DNA from: Takakia lepidozioides
Lineage: Eukaryota; Plantae; Bryophyta
DNA length: 64,000 bases
Reading direction: 5' to 3'
NCBI GenBank assembly: GCA_030704615.1
Contig: CM060731.1
Span: 14,446,001 to 14,510,000 of the forward strand
How positions within the stretch are numbered: the stretch's first letter is position 1; every line of letters begins with the position of its first letter. The position numbers and the translations under genes were made by a program. Positions 25,760 to 39,066 of the stretch are shown in pieces. The notes below the pieces were generated by a model. The model made no database searches. It saw only the letters and a program-made list of their open reading frames with translations, and was not told where the DNA came from.

Positions 25760-26234
25760 TTTGGAAGCCCCTGCTCCTCACTAGCTCTCCCCTTCTTCTC
25801 TCTTTGTCTGGTCTTCTATTCGTTCCTGATCCAGTGACGTTCCCACTCACTACCCCCAAGGTTTTTTTTGCAGCTAACTTTTGCAATTGCTCATGTAGCT
25901 AGTTGCCTGCCAACTTGGCAGGTACTTTATAGTAAAGAAAGTATAGTTTGGTCTACAGACCTACAGACCCAGAGGTATTGTCGCCCATTTTCCATGAAGA
26001 GATACAAGCCATAATGGACAACAAATCAATGTTGAACTCCTCTACATATAAGCACAAGTTGATGCATTTCTGATGTGTGCCCAATCGCATTCTTTGAATG
26101 AAGCGTGATAACATAGGTATGCAAGCTGTAAGTATATACAGCGAGCATCATTTGTCTCGACTCTAAACAGTTTCTGGAAGCCAATACTTACCTAGAGATG
26201 ACTGTCTGTTAAGGAGGCAAGAGCTTGGCAAGCC
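25760..26234. promoter_or_regulatory. Probable shared (bidirectional) promoter region
   Basis: Only ~475 bp separate the divergent ATGs of the permease and Lin0512-family genes. Confidence 0.45.
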
Positions 26235-28390
26235 ATGGTTCTGCGCTTGCCATCGCTGGCGCCATCAGTGCCGCAGCCCTCATCGCTAGTATTGAAGCGG
26301 GTTTATGTACGCTGCCTGACTCCCTACCTGCTGCGGTCACGCCCGGCCTTGCACGGTGGCATACGCAAGACCATGGCTAGCTCCGCATTTCCCAGCACGG
26401 AGCCCGCATCGACTCCCGCCTCTGCTGTCACCCCCGCCTCAGAGCGATTCCGCCTCCTTTTTGTGGAAATGGGTACAGGCTACGATCAGCATGGGTGCGC
26501 TATCTTGGTCCCCACATTCTGATGTGGAGGAGTTCCTCGCTACTCGTGTTTCTTTAATTATTAGGCTTGCACCTTGGCTGCTAGTTCATTCCCAGTAGAA
26601 GGACTGGCTACACACAAAAACATTCCCACCAACCTTGATCTGGAGAAGCTTGACCCAGGTCTTCAGGTCAAGTTTGCTTCAAGTGTTTCTGTGCGAACTA
26701 GCCACTTCTCAGTTATTTCTTGAATTGTATGTTTGTGTGCATTTTGCGGAGGTGTCACTGGAATATCTGCATTTTCAACCAACAAAGAGACAAGTGATTT
26801 AAGCAGATGGGCATGTCGCTGTCGTTGCTTTTCAGAGACCCGAGGCCTGCTCCTGATTTTCAGAAGTTGGGCACTTCAGTCTCCGATCTCAATTGGTCAG
26901 TGACATGCCTGGTGGGAAGACTAATGGGTGCCCCTATGAAACGAAATCAAAACATCTGTTTGTGCACCTTATCAGCAAGTTGTATTCCTATTACAATTGG
27001 GTTCTGCGACTGACTTTTTTGTGAAGACAGTGCCCCACAATTTGAGTTCAGGTTTAGTCCGCAGAAATTTTCCAACTAATTGTGGTGACAAAGTCGCCCA
27101 TGGCAGGCAAGATATCACAGTGGCTGCCATGAGGGCATGCAAGAATGCTATCAGCTCCAACTCTATCCCTGCGTTCAGGACTGGTACCTAGTCCCACCAA
27201 CTGCTGTCCCCTTTACTGGTTGGCCGGGAGTCTTTTGGCAGTGCATCATTCTTTGGCTGTGACAGTGTGAATGTTGGCAGGTTGGGTTTAGCTTCTTGTC
27301 TCAAATTACGATAATAGACGAAGTTTGGTCATTTATTTTTATTTATATGCCCAGATGATGCACACTCTTTCTGGTGAACGCAAGTGCCTCAAAACAATCA
27401 GGTATCAATCTCATACATGGTGGGAGTTGGGGTAAGTTATTCACATTTTAGGTCTGGGGATTAAGATAATCTGTCACTCTAATCTTGTGTCTAACCTGTG
27501 TAGTAGCTGCAAGGGCGCCAGTGGGGAAGAGGCTCAGGGGGAGCCGTAGTCTGCCTTACAATGTGCCAGTTTCATGAAAAAGTCTTCACGTTCTTTGGCA
27601 AACCTTCAGAAGTAGTCTAAGAGTAGAATGATGGTGGCAGGGGCTCTTCCTGGTGTGAGCTGGCAACAGATGAAGCTAAAAGTAAAGCTGGGGGTACCCT
27701 CTTCCTTGCAAAGTAGTCTTGATCTTGATAAAGTAAAGGCTGTGTTCCCCTAGTAAGTTCTCACTCTGCTTCAACCTGTTGGACATTTTGTGTTTGTCCT
27801 CCTCATTTTGTGTATATGGGTTGCTTCTTTACCTTTTGTGTGAATTAGTTTATGTGTGTTGATTATCCATGTTGAGGGAAACCTAGCTTGAAGACAAGTT
27901 CAAATGTATCTCCATTATCTGTAGGTGTGCAAAAAAATTTGCCTTCTTGTGTGTGGCTTTATCAGAGCAGATATTTTGTTGTCTCACAAGTCTGGGTTGT
28001 CAATTCAGAGACTGCTCACACCCTGTGATCTTAAGAATATTGATGACTGCAGTTCTCCATTTTATATTTGGGAAAAAAGTGGGGCCAAGTTCCATGGGTA
28101 GAACAGTCTTGTGCTCATGATGACCGTTAGCTCAATGAAGGGCATTATTGTTATATCCTTGTACTGGTGTGGGCTGAGCTGCCTTGTATTGGAACACAAG
28201 TTTGACTCTACGTGGGTGTGCTTTGGTATATGATTCTGTGGGGGGTTGGGGGCACTAAAGCGGAGAGATACTAGAGACGGATGTTGTTGATGGTGGGCTC
28301 ATATGCTCAAGTGGTGTTGCCCTGGAGGCCATGGGCGACAAGAACGATGATTGCTACATAGTCAATGCTGCTATCTATGTGGGTTACTAG
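26235..28390 (+). CDS. Lin0512-family conserved hypothetical protein with a putative transit peptide
   Basis: Exons 26235-26494, 27107-27183, 27641-27752, 28261-28390: LLFVEMGTGYDQHG|QDITVAAMRACKNAISSNSIPAFRTG|ALPGV..MKLKVKLGVP..KVKAVFPY|GEI..VVDGGLICSSG..CYIVNAAIYVGY*. Confidence 0.92.
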
Positions 28391-29699
28391 TTCTCGGCAT
28401 CATCATAGTGACAAATGCACGGTGAGTTCTGTCTTCCCTGAGGCTGCCCAACTTTCCTTCTGCTTCCCTTTTTCTCTCTTCTCTATCACCCTTGCTCTAA
28501 ATCTGCAGCTCTCCTCCCATCCTCTACCTACCGGAGGTTGCAATTCCTGCTGTATTGAGAACCTTGTGAGCCTTCTTAGACAAGATAGCAGAATCAACCT
28601 CTAATGCTATATCTAGATATATGGAAGTGCCTAGGAGCCTCATTTGTTCACTTTCCTATGTGTGCATCAGCAGTGTGACTCAACTATTTAGGACTGGTTG
28701 AGTGAAAATTAGAGAACATTGATGGTCAACAGTGCATCCGGTGGTCACTGAGTATTTGTGTTACTGCAAAGATTTGCATTAAACTCAGCCAAGAAACAGT
28801 GGTGTTGTGGATTAAGAATTCTCTGTTACAGTACTAACATTGCAATGGCTGCTATCTGACCGTCTAAATGTTCACTTGGGCGTGCCGAATGTTCCTGCAT
28901 GGATTTCATGGAGCATCCAATTGTCCAAATTATCTTAGCAATACTAGCCTGTTGGAAGGTGGAACTGGTCATTTCTTTACCAGGAAGTGTCGGGCATGGG
29001 TTGCAAAGACTTCAGACATGTTCAAGCACACTTTAGTTACCAGGAAGCAGATTTCTAGTACTATGAGTTCCTTCTGTGGTCCAGGCTTGTTGACAACATT
29101 CTCACATCCAGTCCCTTACATAGCAGCAACACTTGGCATGGTTTATTTGCCTTAATGCCAATAACAACATCAACCTAGGTGCATCCAGGTCAAGCATTGC
29201 CACCACAACCCATGAGCAATTTTGATGTGGACGAATCCTGATGTGTTTGTCATTCCACAGGGAAGTGCAGCGCAAAGGACTATAAGGAGGATCTATCCTC
29301 GCGCAGAATTCATCTTGCACTTGAGGAGGCACCAGCCCATGTGCAAACTGGGTGTGCATTAATACATCATATACTGTTTTAAAAAATCCAGGCGATTGAC
29401 AGTGAAGCAACCTCATGCAGCTGTGATCTTCTTCCAGTTGGATTCAGTACAAAGGCCTACTGGCCAGATCTGTGACGTTGGGTTCAAGTCCAGACAGTCG
29501 ACAAGCATTCTAGAGGGTAGTTGAAGGGGTCCAACTTGCAGGGACATAGCAAAGGGCCCTACTGGAAACATTTTAGGACTGTAAAATCAAAAGCTAATGA
29601 AGAGATTGCAAGTCTCACGTTTGTCATCACAGAATTTTTGTCACCTACCAGAGTCCTTCACCCTATTGAAATACATGGCATGCCTTGCAATCACATCAC

Positions 29700-30250
29700 A
29701 CCAGTGTTACTGCTATACAGGGTCTAGCCGGATATCAACCTCTGCAGGTATTTACTTTATTAGGGGTAAGGACCGGACCCTTGCAATTGGCACTTCCAAT
29801 ACTTGGGTCGATAGTCCACCTAGGCCGGTATTCAACAACCATACACAAGGTATTGGTATCAACCAAGTAGTAGCATACGGAGCTAAACCACAAGAAGACT
29901 CGGCGGGAGGGTGACTCCTTCCGACCAGAAAATAAGTGGGATAGGCCACGCGGCGACAATAGCACATGGAAATCGAAGGGAGGGCCTTCACACGTCTAGG
30001 CGACACCCGGTGCTCCGAAAAGAAAATCAGGTGCGACGGCTTATGGCGGACAGAATGCGACCTTCAATGGAGTGTGCTTTAATTGTGGGGAGCCCGGGCA
30101 CATGGCTAAGAAGTGCGCGAAGCCCCGTCAATTGAACATGACTCGGGTGACCACGGAGCTGTCCGAAGATTCCATTAGCCACTTGGTGGAAGCGGTGGTC
30201 GCCAAGACTTGCAAGGTAGGCAACTACTCTTGTGAGTTGTACCAGGAGAC
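29700..30250 (+). pseudogene. Degenerate retroelement gag-like remnant with a CCHC zinc knuckle
   Basis: CFNCGEPGHMAKKC (CX2CX4HX4C) at ~30075-30116 within frameshifted sequence. No pol or LTR recognised. Confidence 0.5.
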
Positions 30251-31594
30251 TGGCCCCTTGCGTAATGGAAGTTTGTTGTGGATTCACAAAGGTGTCCACC
30301 TTCCTGTCGAAAGGCATCGGCCCATGGCTGAAGGGACACAAAAATTTTTATGCTTTCTTTGGGAGGCTCCATATACTATCATTATTACCATCGATATCAA
30401 CCAATGTTGGGTGGGTCCACATATCGGATCCAGCCTCAAGGGCGACTCCCCACCACTTTTTACCCCAAAAATGTTGGAATAGCATCGAGAAGGGGTATAC
30501 CTACCACATTAATGGCCGGCTATTGTGCCATAATTGCAAAGAGCTCCGCCCTAGCTACTCTTCCTCCCCTCCCCCTTTTGTTCTATTTTTTGGTTTGGTA
30601 TGAGGCTGATTGTATTATATGTTGTGAATAATATGAGGGACGATCGTGAGAGTGTTTCTTCACACCAAAGATAATAATCAAACAAAGCCAAATAAGACCA
30701 TGTGTGAATGCCTAGTCCACAAAACTACCTAATGCCACCAAGATCCACGTAATAGATAGTAATGAAACAAAAATAATAATGAAAGAGAAACTAGTGCCTC
30801 CAAGATCTAGGTAAAGATAATAATGAAACAAAGAAAAATATGACTATGCAATGTAATATATAATTTCAATGTCTATGACTAATAAAATGACATAATCAAT
30901 GTATAGCCTCTATGAAGTTCTCCATGATTCTCCAAGCAAGATAGATTCATTGGCCAAGAAGTGAAAAGAGGGGACAGCTGAATCTTGGGCATTTTTTATT
31001 TTTATTTATTTTTCCCAAGGGCATAAAGCCATTTGGTTTATTGTAGGGAAAAAATTAAACCCTGTGATACCATGAAGGTAAAAGACACATCCATTGGATG
31101 AGGGACGAGCCCAGTCCGATTACTAGAGAGACAGCTATATGGAATAGCGAGAGCCCAGAATTAACTAGAATAACCCGAGATCGCCGGGAAAGGGCATATG
31201 GGCGACCGTTACGGTCGAAGCCCATACCCCTCAATGATGATAAATTATGAATGCTGGAAATCGTATGCATGCAGAGCGAAAATGACCCTTGTATGTAACC
31301 GTCAGCCTACCCCCATTCCCCTGCTTGCGAGAAGTCAAAACAGTCGGAGAGAGAGGCGGAGCAGGGCGGTTGAATTACTTGTCGAGTCTGAGCTTGATGG
31401 AGCTCTTTCCTAGCTATGCTTACAATTAATATCTCGATCGAATTCAGTCATGGAACTTGAAGTGCACTCCTGGCCTCCCAACATCTTTATAACTACCTGC
31501 ACAAGTTCCGTTTTCGATTCCAAATGCTAATTTTAAAATAACAAAATGCTAATCACACCATACGCCCCTCCAGCTCCCAAGAAAGGCTATAGTT

Positions 31595-31791
31595 TGTCAT
31601 TTACCCTTTTACTATTTACCCTCCAAAAATATATATTTACCCGCGGGTAAAGGGTATGATGGATATTATTTACCCTTCAGATGGGTAAGGGTAAGGGTAA
31701 GGAAAATGGGCCAACCCGGGTAAATCATTTACCCTTACCTTGGTTTACCCGCCGGGTAAATCTGGGTAAATGATTTACCCGCACAACATTG
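31595..31791 (-). mobile_element. Terminus of a probable hAT-type DNA transposon
   Basis: Dense TTTACCC/GGGTAAA motifs in both orientations, ending in gcacaacattg (reverse complement CAATGTTGTGCGGGTAAATC, hAT-like TIR). Other end not confirmed. Confidence 0.5.
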
Positions 31792-32304
31792 GTCTACACT
31801 TTAGGATGTGGCTTACTTTAGGGTTTAGATCGAGTTTTGGGTTTAGGTCTGCACTGGAAAACAATTAAAGGTCGTCACTTGTCACATTGCTTTGCGCGTT
31901 GGAAGTTTTGTGAACCGATTTTGTTCTTTGTTTTACACAATCGCGGGTTCGTTCATGCGCGAACTCCGAATTATACAATGTACAAGCTGAACGTTACAAG
32001 TAAGCCCTTCTCGTTCTTCATCACGAAGCAGTAAGACAGTTTTAGCCTTCCTAGAATCAAAAACATGGGACCACCTTCACAGGACGTTGCTTCTCACACC
32101 TCTTGAAGTACTGGCTCTGCGACAGCCAGAGCCATTATGAATGATCACAATAGGACCTGTGATGTTGCAGTAGTGAGGTGAAGCAAAGCACATCTGCAAC
32201 GGAGGCTGCTCGTCAATTTCTCTTGATGAAAGTTTCATGTAAACAATTGGCTTGATGGGATGAGCAAGAGACAACCCGTACCTGTTGGAGGGTTTTCTAT
32301 TATT

Positions 32305-35014
32305 CTAATTCACGAGAACTCTTGCCGAGGACTTGGGGATTGGAGGGGGAGCAACAGAGATGGTGCCCTCTAGCATCTGGACTACTTGGCCCATCGACGG
32401 CCGAAGCGAGGCCTCATCCTGGATGCACCAAAATGCAATTTGGACTGTCCGGTCAACCTGATCAGTGTCCACTGCCCTGCCTTGCAGCCTCTCTTGCTGT
32501 TGAATCCAAACCACAAGGCCACCGTCCTGCATTTTGTGGTAAGCGTTCGCTACAAAGTTGTGCGTTTCAGATTCTGAGACTACAGGGTCAAGGGCCCTCC
32601 TCCCTAACACAATTTCCAGCAAAACCATGCCGAAGCTGAAGACATCTGTTTTGGCAGTCAGCGGCGCATTCCCCGCCCACTCAGGAGCCAGGTATCCCCT
32701 GGTCCCTCGAATTATGGAGACATTGCGTGCATGGCCCGGTAGACCTAAGAGCTTGGCCAATCCAAAGTCGGAGACCTTTGGAAAAAACCGGTCATCCAGC
32801 AATATGTTCTCTGGTTTGATGTCACAGTGGACTATGCAAATTCTGCACTCTTCATGGAGATATGTAATGCCCCTTGCGGTTCCAAGAGCAATCCCAAATC
32901 GAGTTTTCCAGTCAAGTTCTACCAGCTCATTACTAGATGTGCTGCTTCCCTGAAAGAGAAAATTGTCGAGTGAACCATTGCTCAAGTACTCGTACACAAG
33001 CAGCCGATGCAATCCTTCGGAACAGAATCCGTGTAGGCGCACCAGGTTCATGTGATGGGTGCTCCCAATGATGGCGACTTCTGTTCGAAACTGTCTCTCT
33101 CCTGCACATCAATCCATCCCCAGTGAGCTTGTCAGCTACAAGTGGAAGAGACAACACAGTTTCTCATCTCCTCTCTCCTCGTCCAAAGTCACGAACTCTT
33201 CTTTTCTTCTAGAGGCATAAGAGCTTCTACATTGGGGGAGTCATCATTGATCAATTTAAGCATGTCCTGGGGATTTTGCTCTTGAAAACTTTATGCTTAT
33301 CCTGGTGGGGACTACTTCAAGAGCTCAAGAAACATCTGGACACTGCCAAGCTAGTCATCTTTGATAACCAGTATTTTCAGTAACTCTCACCTTGCTCAAC
33401 CATGTCCTCCAGCTGCTTCACTGCCACGACCGTCTTGTCTGTCAGCACGCCCTTGTAGACGCTGCCAAATCCACCAGCGCCAAGCTTCTCACTGAAATTT
33501 CTAGTGGCCTGTTGCAACTCTTTAAAAGAGAACTTGATAGGGGCTCCTGGGACATACTCTTCCGAATTCGTGGTTGCGGACACGATCCGAAACTTGGGTT
33601 GGTGCTGGGAATAGTAGCACCACGCAAGAAGCGCAAGGAGCGATGCTGTAGAAGCAGCGAGAACTCCGATGACGATGCGTGAGGTAGAGTCTATGTGTGG
33701 GGAAGGGGCCACAGCTCCAACTGCTGTTGGCGAGGCGAGAGCTTGAGATTCACAAAGCTTGAGATAAGAGACACTCAGAACAGTTGGAGACTGGTAACCA
33801 CTGAGGTACTCAGTACGCTTCTCATAACAGTAGCCCGTCCCATCATTTTGAAAATTCGAAGCCATGCACGTACTGTCCAGGAAGCAGGTCTGATTGCAGT
33901 TGACGCTGTTTGCGTTGTTCTCAAGGAAGTCAGAGGTGGCTCCTAGGAGCATAGTGTTCTCCAAAGCAACCATCTTTATGCCAGCACTGCAGTTCAGGCG
34001 GAGTTGAAGCACACACCCTTGCGTGCTGTCTTTGGGATTGACAAGCTCATAACCTGGTAGGCAAGTGCATTGTGGCTGGGCTTGGGCATATACACACAGA
34101 CCGTTCTGCCCACAACGGCCATAGATTGTGCACTCATTGCTGATGGCCTGCCAGGTTGAGCTCCAATTTGATACAGACTCGTCCCAGCTGTAGGTCCGCA
34201 GATTCCCATCCGAGTCTATGGTTAGGCGCCTAACAGCGCTCTCCCCATAATCGCTACTAAACCATGATTCCACCACACCTGATGTATTTAGCAATTGAAA
34301 TGATCCTTCTGAGTTCAACTGTGCACTGCTTGGAATTGCAGTTGAGGGTCCCACAAATGTACCGCTCTGCCAGTAATTTGTGGTTGTGTTCCAGTACAAA
34401 GCCAGGTTGCCATCAGTGCCCAGAGATAGCCTGTAGCTGGACACTGGGGGGTTTGAAGATGCATCACCAGAGACAGTGAGAATGGAGCCCTGTAGCATTG
34501 TCTGCCCAGGTAAGAGAGTGTCGGAAGGGTAAGACCAACTCTCCCACACATAACCCCCGCTACTGTTAAGTAGAACGAAGTTCCCCGAGTCCAGAAGGGT
34601 GGCCCCGACTACCCCAACCTGGCTTGTCAGATTGCTGGACCAGACCTCAACTTGTGGAGAACCGGAGAGCAACGCGAGGTTACCATCCACGTTAAGCTCA
34701 AAAGTAGAGTTCGCTCCCACTGATATTGGATGCGATGCATTCAGTGTCCACACAACAGTTCGGAGAGGAAGCTGTGCGTACCAAATGCCAATTCTGTACG
34801 TGGAATTTCCCCCGTTGTGGACAGGATAGAACCCGAGTGCAAAGGTGCCATTAGGAGATGACTTCCAAGCTTGGTTCTGTCCAGGAACTAGGCTTGCACC
34901 CAGTTTGAGCTGGGTGTGATTGGTGGAGTCCAGAGCAGTTGCCTGCCTCCATTGCAACAGCGATACTGCACAAACTATCACCGTCACCACCACTTTCGTT
35001 CTCCAAACTGTCAT
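32305..35014 (-). CDS. G-type lectin S-domain receptor-like Ser/Thr kinase (SD-2 type)
   Basis: Exons 35014-33391 and 33101-32305. Signal peptide, B-lectin (SPNGTFALGF, LLDSGNFVL, WESWSYPSDTLLPGQ), S-locus/EGF (CTIYGRCGQNGLC), PAN-like region, TM helix, kinase (GAGGFGSVYKG, VAVK, HCDIKPENILLD, DFGLAKL, RGTRGYLAPEW). Confidence 0.95.
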
Positions 35015-37149
35015 CCTCGCCTACCTCTCATTTCCTGTACTCTTCAGCCTGTGATTACATACTCCAAGCTGCAAGCGCCTGCTGTTGTCCAACCCACTGG
35101 GATTTTCCAGCTGCTGCTCGCATACTTAAGCTAACAAGCTTCAAAAACTTGTCAATTCAAGTGCCAACCTTTGCGCACATCATCCCTGTCACAACGAGCC
35201 AAGTTCGGTTACAGCACCCGCCCAATCTGTCTGCCACCAGACTGGAGTTCCACAATCCGTTCTAGTTGCAAACCCGCAAAATCCTCAGGACTGACTTCCA
35301 ATCAGGGGTCCCTCTGCGAAATCAGCAAGCTTTACTAAGGGTCGCCATCCGATGCCTTGGTCGAATGCTGATCAAGCGTGTGAACATGACACGCTCTGGA
35401 ACACGCTCTGGAACACACATGACAATATCTTGGTCTTTGTCTCTCTACTTACTCTCTACCCTGGAAAGCACCGACTCCGTGGGGGTCGCAGTGCCCCAAC
35501 ACCCATACCGCTGTAAGGATGGTATCCGAGACTACTGGATGAGGGCTCATGAAGGTTGCAGGTGGGTTGGTCCAACCTACCTGGGACCCTTCTAGAAGCC
35601 CACCAACCCTTGAGACCCTTCTACCCCCGACCGCCCACCATGGGACCACCGCATCCACAAAGCAACTGGTATTACCGTTGCTGGACAACCATTTAGGCGA
35701 TAATTAATTCAAAATGAAAAGTGACTAATCAATTCTGTGAATTTTTCAGATTTTGGCCTAATTGTTGGGAAATTATGGGACCAAAGTGCCTAATGCCCAA
35801 AAATTCCACCAAAAAACTTGCAAGCCTCTTCTCATGTTGTTTGTAATAAGATCAAAATTTCTTTGAACAAAAATCAATACAAATATATGCGTGCGGACAT
35901 AACTAGCCTACCAGCCTACCACAACTCAAGAGTACCATTATGTAAGAGGTTTTACCATGCACCAGCATACCAATATGAAAACCAGTGTACCCGATGACCA
36001 ATGTACCAACGCTCTACCAATGTGCCTACACTAGTGTGGACTATCAATATTGAACTCACCTAAAGTGTGAGAGCGAAGGGAGAGCTTGCATATACTAGCT
36101 TGAGCCTGGGAGCACCGCGTACAACAAAGAGGGACATTTTTAGGGTTTCAAAGGAAATGAAAGGTAGTTGGAGCCTAGAAGGGCCCATGGGCATTGGGTG
36201 TCTATTTTGTAATTTTATTCTTAAGAAAATAAATGTTTTCTCTTCTCATGTGCCTGATTCTAAAAAATTATAGCATGAAGATGCCTAATCTGAGAAATTG
36301 TTTTCAAAACATGCCTAATTTTTTGATTGATTGATTTTATTATTAGGCGCAAAAATGCCTAAACGGCTGTCCGGGGATGGTATAACCGGTCGATCAACTT
36401 TCCAAGCGACCCGAGTTACAAAGAAAGAAGTTGGGACAAGGCACTGCCAACAAGTGAATGTAGAAGAGGTGCCTATCTAGGAAATTACTGGGGAAAGTTC
36501 CAAGATGTGTCAGTTTCTCGAGTCATTCCTGGAGAACACTAGAAATGACGTAAGATCTTAATGCACATGTGCAACATGTGCAACCAGGTTGTCAAGTCTT
36601 CCCCACCCTCTCTAAGTGGTACATGGAACTGAAACAGCGTAAACTCCAATCGGGGTTACACAATGGGGAGTGTAACTCCACTCCTTGTAACTCACACGCG
36701 GTCTCGAAATTTGACCAAGTCCAAATTTGGCTAAGTATAAAATGGAGTAAGAAAGTTACACACAAGACACAGCAGACTACTCCACGGTTACAAGGGGTTA
36801 CACCAATTGGGGTGCCTCAGGTTACACTACAATAGCCTCCCATCATGAATCAAACCTAAAACCTCACCGCGTGTAATCATCTTACCAACATGCTACTCAC
36901 CACTGCATGACACCCTTCTAGATTCTTAAGTATTAGGGTTACGCATTGCTCCGCACTGTTAGTGACGACTTTTGATAGCAATTTTCCAAGGGCTATCTCC
37001 CCTTTAACCAAAAAAGAAAAAAAAAAAAAATTGCTTTTGATTGGAAATATATTTCATGCAAAAAAACATTAGAGAATACTCCGGCCGAATCCGGTGTAAC
37101 TAGGAGCCACTTCGCCTTGCGGCTATCGCCCCCTTTCGGGGGTGGGCCC

Positions 37150-37950
37150 TTTTCTTTTCTTTTTTAATAACAGGGCGGTGGCCCTCAGAATTACATTGAA
37201 GATTATTATAAGGGAAAAAATTAAAACCTTACAAGCCCGGAGGCTGCCATGAGGCCTGAACACACGGAGACCATGTAGGAGATACCAGGAGAACTACACT
37301 GAGCACGAAGCAATAGACCTTCGGATAAACATGAAGGGAGGCAGTCGTCCTCGAAGAAGATGAATATTCAACTAGAGAGGGGTTGGCCCTCTATGAACCC
37401 TAGACCAGGGGGAACGTGCAAGACTAAGCAGAGAGCGGCCAGACCAGAATCCACAAAGAATAATTACATAGTTCATGTATGGAATAATAATTTAGATTTG
37501 ACTACAGTCCTAACATGCTTCCAATTGATATCAGATCTGTCAAAATAGGGGGAGGCCGAAAAGGGGTGTTTGCCGTTGTTGCCACAATGGGGTAAATAGC
37601 CCCTGGCCATGAGCATGAGGAGTCCGCACCGTTGCATGAGCAGATGAGTCTCCTATATCCCCAAGAAACCATGAAGGAGGCAAGGAGGCCAAGCCCACCT
37701 TTTGGGTGCCTATCATACTTTGCACCCAATTTTGCCCAAGCAAGTTTAGCAACTATGGTAAGATCATTGAAGAAGAATCTCAGTCCGGGAGGTGTTTTCA
37801 TTTTTCAAGGCCCAGCTGCGACGTGCTTTCCAAATTTGCCAGAGAGTATAAGCAGAGCGGAGAGCCTCCAACACTGGGCAGGTAAGAGCCCTAGATTTAT
37901 TGGCTTGATTGTAGTTCAACAGCAGAAAAGTATGACGCCTCCCAAAGGGA
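37150..37950 (-). mobile_element. Degenerate L1-type LINE 3' fragment
   Basis: Minus-strand AWAKLGAKYDRHPKGGLGLL (post-RT W..PK.GGLG motif), plus a T-rich tract at ~37150-37165 consistent with a minus-strand poly(A) end. Confidence 0.5.
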
Positions 37951-38024
37951 GCGTAACTTATGGTGTCACTTCACCACAAGGGCTACTACCTTCCAGTTGA
38001 AAGGTGGACACCTTCATGACATAC

Positions 38025-38090
38025 CAGACCGTGGTTTGAACCCACAACCACATCCAACGTGGTATGTGCCCATTACCGATGGGCTATATG
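38025..38090 (-). mobile_element. tRNA-derived SINE head (Pol III A and B boxes)
   Basis: Reverse complement TAGCCCATCGGTAA...GGGTTCAAACC has tRNA-like spacing but no full cloverleaf. A related copy lies at ~60983-61035. Confidence 0.45.
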
Positions 38091-38225
38091 TTGGTTGTCT
38101 CAGCAGCAGAACAAGTACAGGGTTAAGAGTGATGTATTCCCAGGCACTATAGAATTCCAAAACCAAGGGCCAAATGGCCAAGGGCATTAATTACACAGGA
38201 AAAAAAAAAAAAAAAAAAAAAAAAA

Positions 38226-39066
38226 CAGTGCTCCAGAGACTCAAGAATGTTGGCCGCACACAACAAGTGCAGAGAATAGGTCCCTAGAAATCTAGGAACT
38301 GGCCCACCTTAAGCAATCTGCCAAAGAAATGCACTAAGTTTAGACGGTTTTACCTTCTCCCAAATAAGGCCCTAGATGCATTTCTAGTTCTCCTCCTTGT
38401 AGAAGACATGACCCCACTTGTCATTCCATTTTTTAAATATATTTAGGGGTTCGGGTTGCAGAAAACTCTGTAAGTTTTTTTAACAGAATACTCGAAAAAA
38501 GAATGATTCAAGGATCCTTGGAAGTTCCACTGCCATTCTGTAGGATCAAGTTGCAGCTCACCAACTGGTTTCTCCCCTATCCAAACAAAGACATTCTCGT
38601 AAGCCAAGGAAGGATTGGTTGCCCGTGAGCTGGGAGGGAAGGGTTGAATTCCTTTGATTTGGAGGACCAGTGGCAAATGCAGGCGGGTAGTGGCGCCATC
38701 CCTGCCTGGATGGTGACTGCCTAAGAGGAGAGAAGTGACAAGGCTCCCTGAAAACGAATCAGCTAGAAAAGCAAAGCCATAAAGGAGTGGGAGGGGCACA
38801 TCTGTGATGTACAGAATCTGAAAGCTATAGAGGAGGCAGTCACCCACTGGTGATGAGAGGGAGTTTCCACCCCAAGCCTAAGAATGTCTCTCCACGAGTT
38901 TGGGACAGATTGAAGGATGTGAGTAATGTCTGAATGACCCTGCAGGAACCCAAGGCCTGCTGGAGCGATTGAGGGGTACGACCCCATGGGTGGGAGATCT
39001 GTCGCGAATCCTCCAGCTTCCCAGAACGCCCATCTCCAAGCTTAGCTTCTTTCCGAAGGTGAAGGC
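38226..39066 (-). mobile_element. Degenerate L1-type LINE ORF2 fragment (zf-RVT region)
   Basis: Minus-strand ILQSVPNSWRDIL, FFEYSVKKTY and IWEKVKPSKLSAFLWQIA (zf-RVT-like), with frameshifts. Bounded by an A-run at ~38199-38225 and a T-run at ~39068-39088. Confidence 0.6.

Noticed and set aside
19283-28390. Bacterial contamination or recent horizontal transfer of the permease and Lin0512 genes
   Set aside because: Both have multiple spliceosomal introns and transit-peptide-like extensions, and both families are known in plants.
30402-30416. caatgttgggtgggt as the partner TIR of the hAT-like end at 31791
   Set aside because: Partial match only, no subterminal repeats beside it, and the flanking 8-mers (atatcaac vs gtctacac) do not form a TSD.
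32322-34829. Plus-strand ORFs overlapping the receptor kinase
   Set aside because: Antisense shadows of a well-supported coding sequence, with no motifs of their own.
38025-38090. Functional tRNA genes here and at 60983-61035
   Set aside because: A/B boxes are present, but no acceptor or anticodon stems can be folded; treated as SINE-like.
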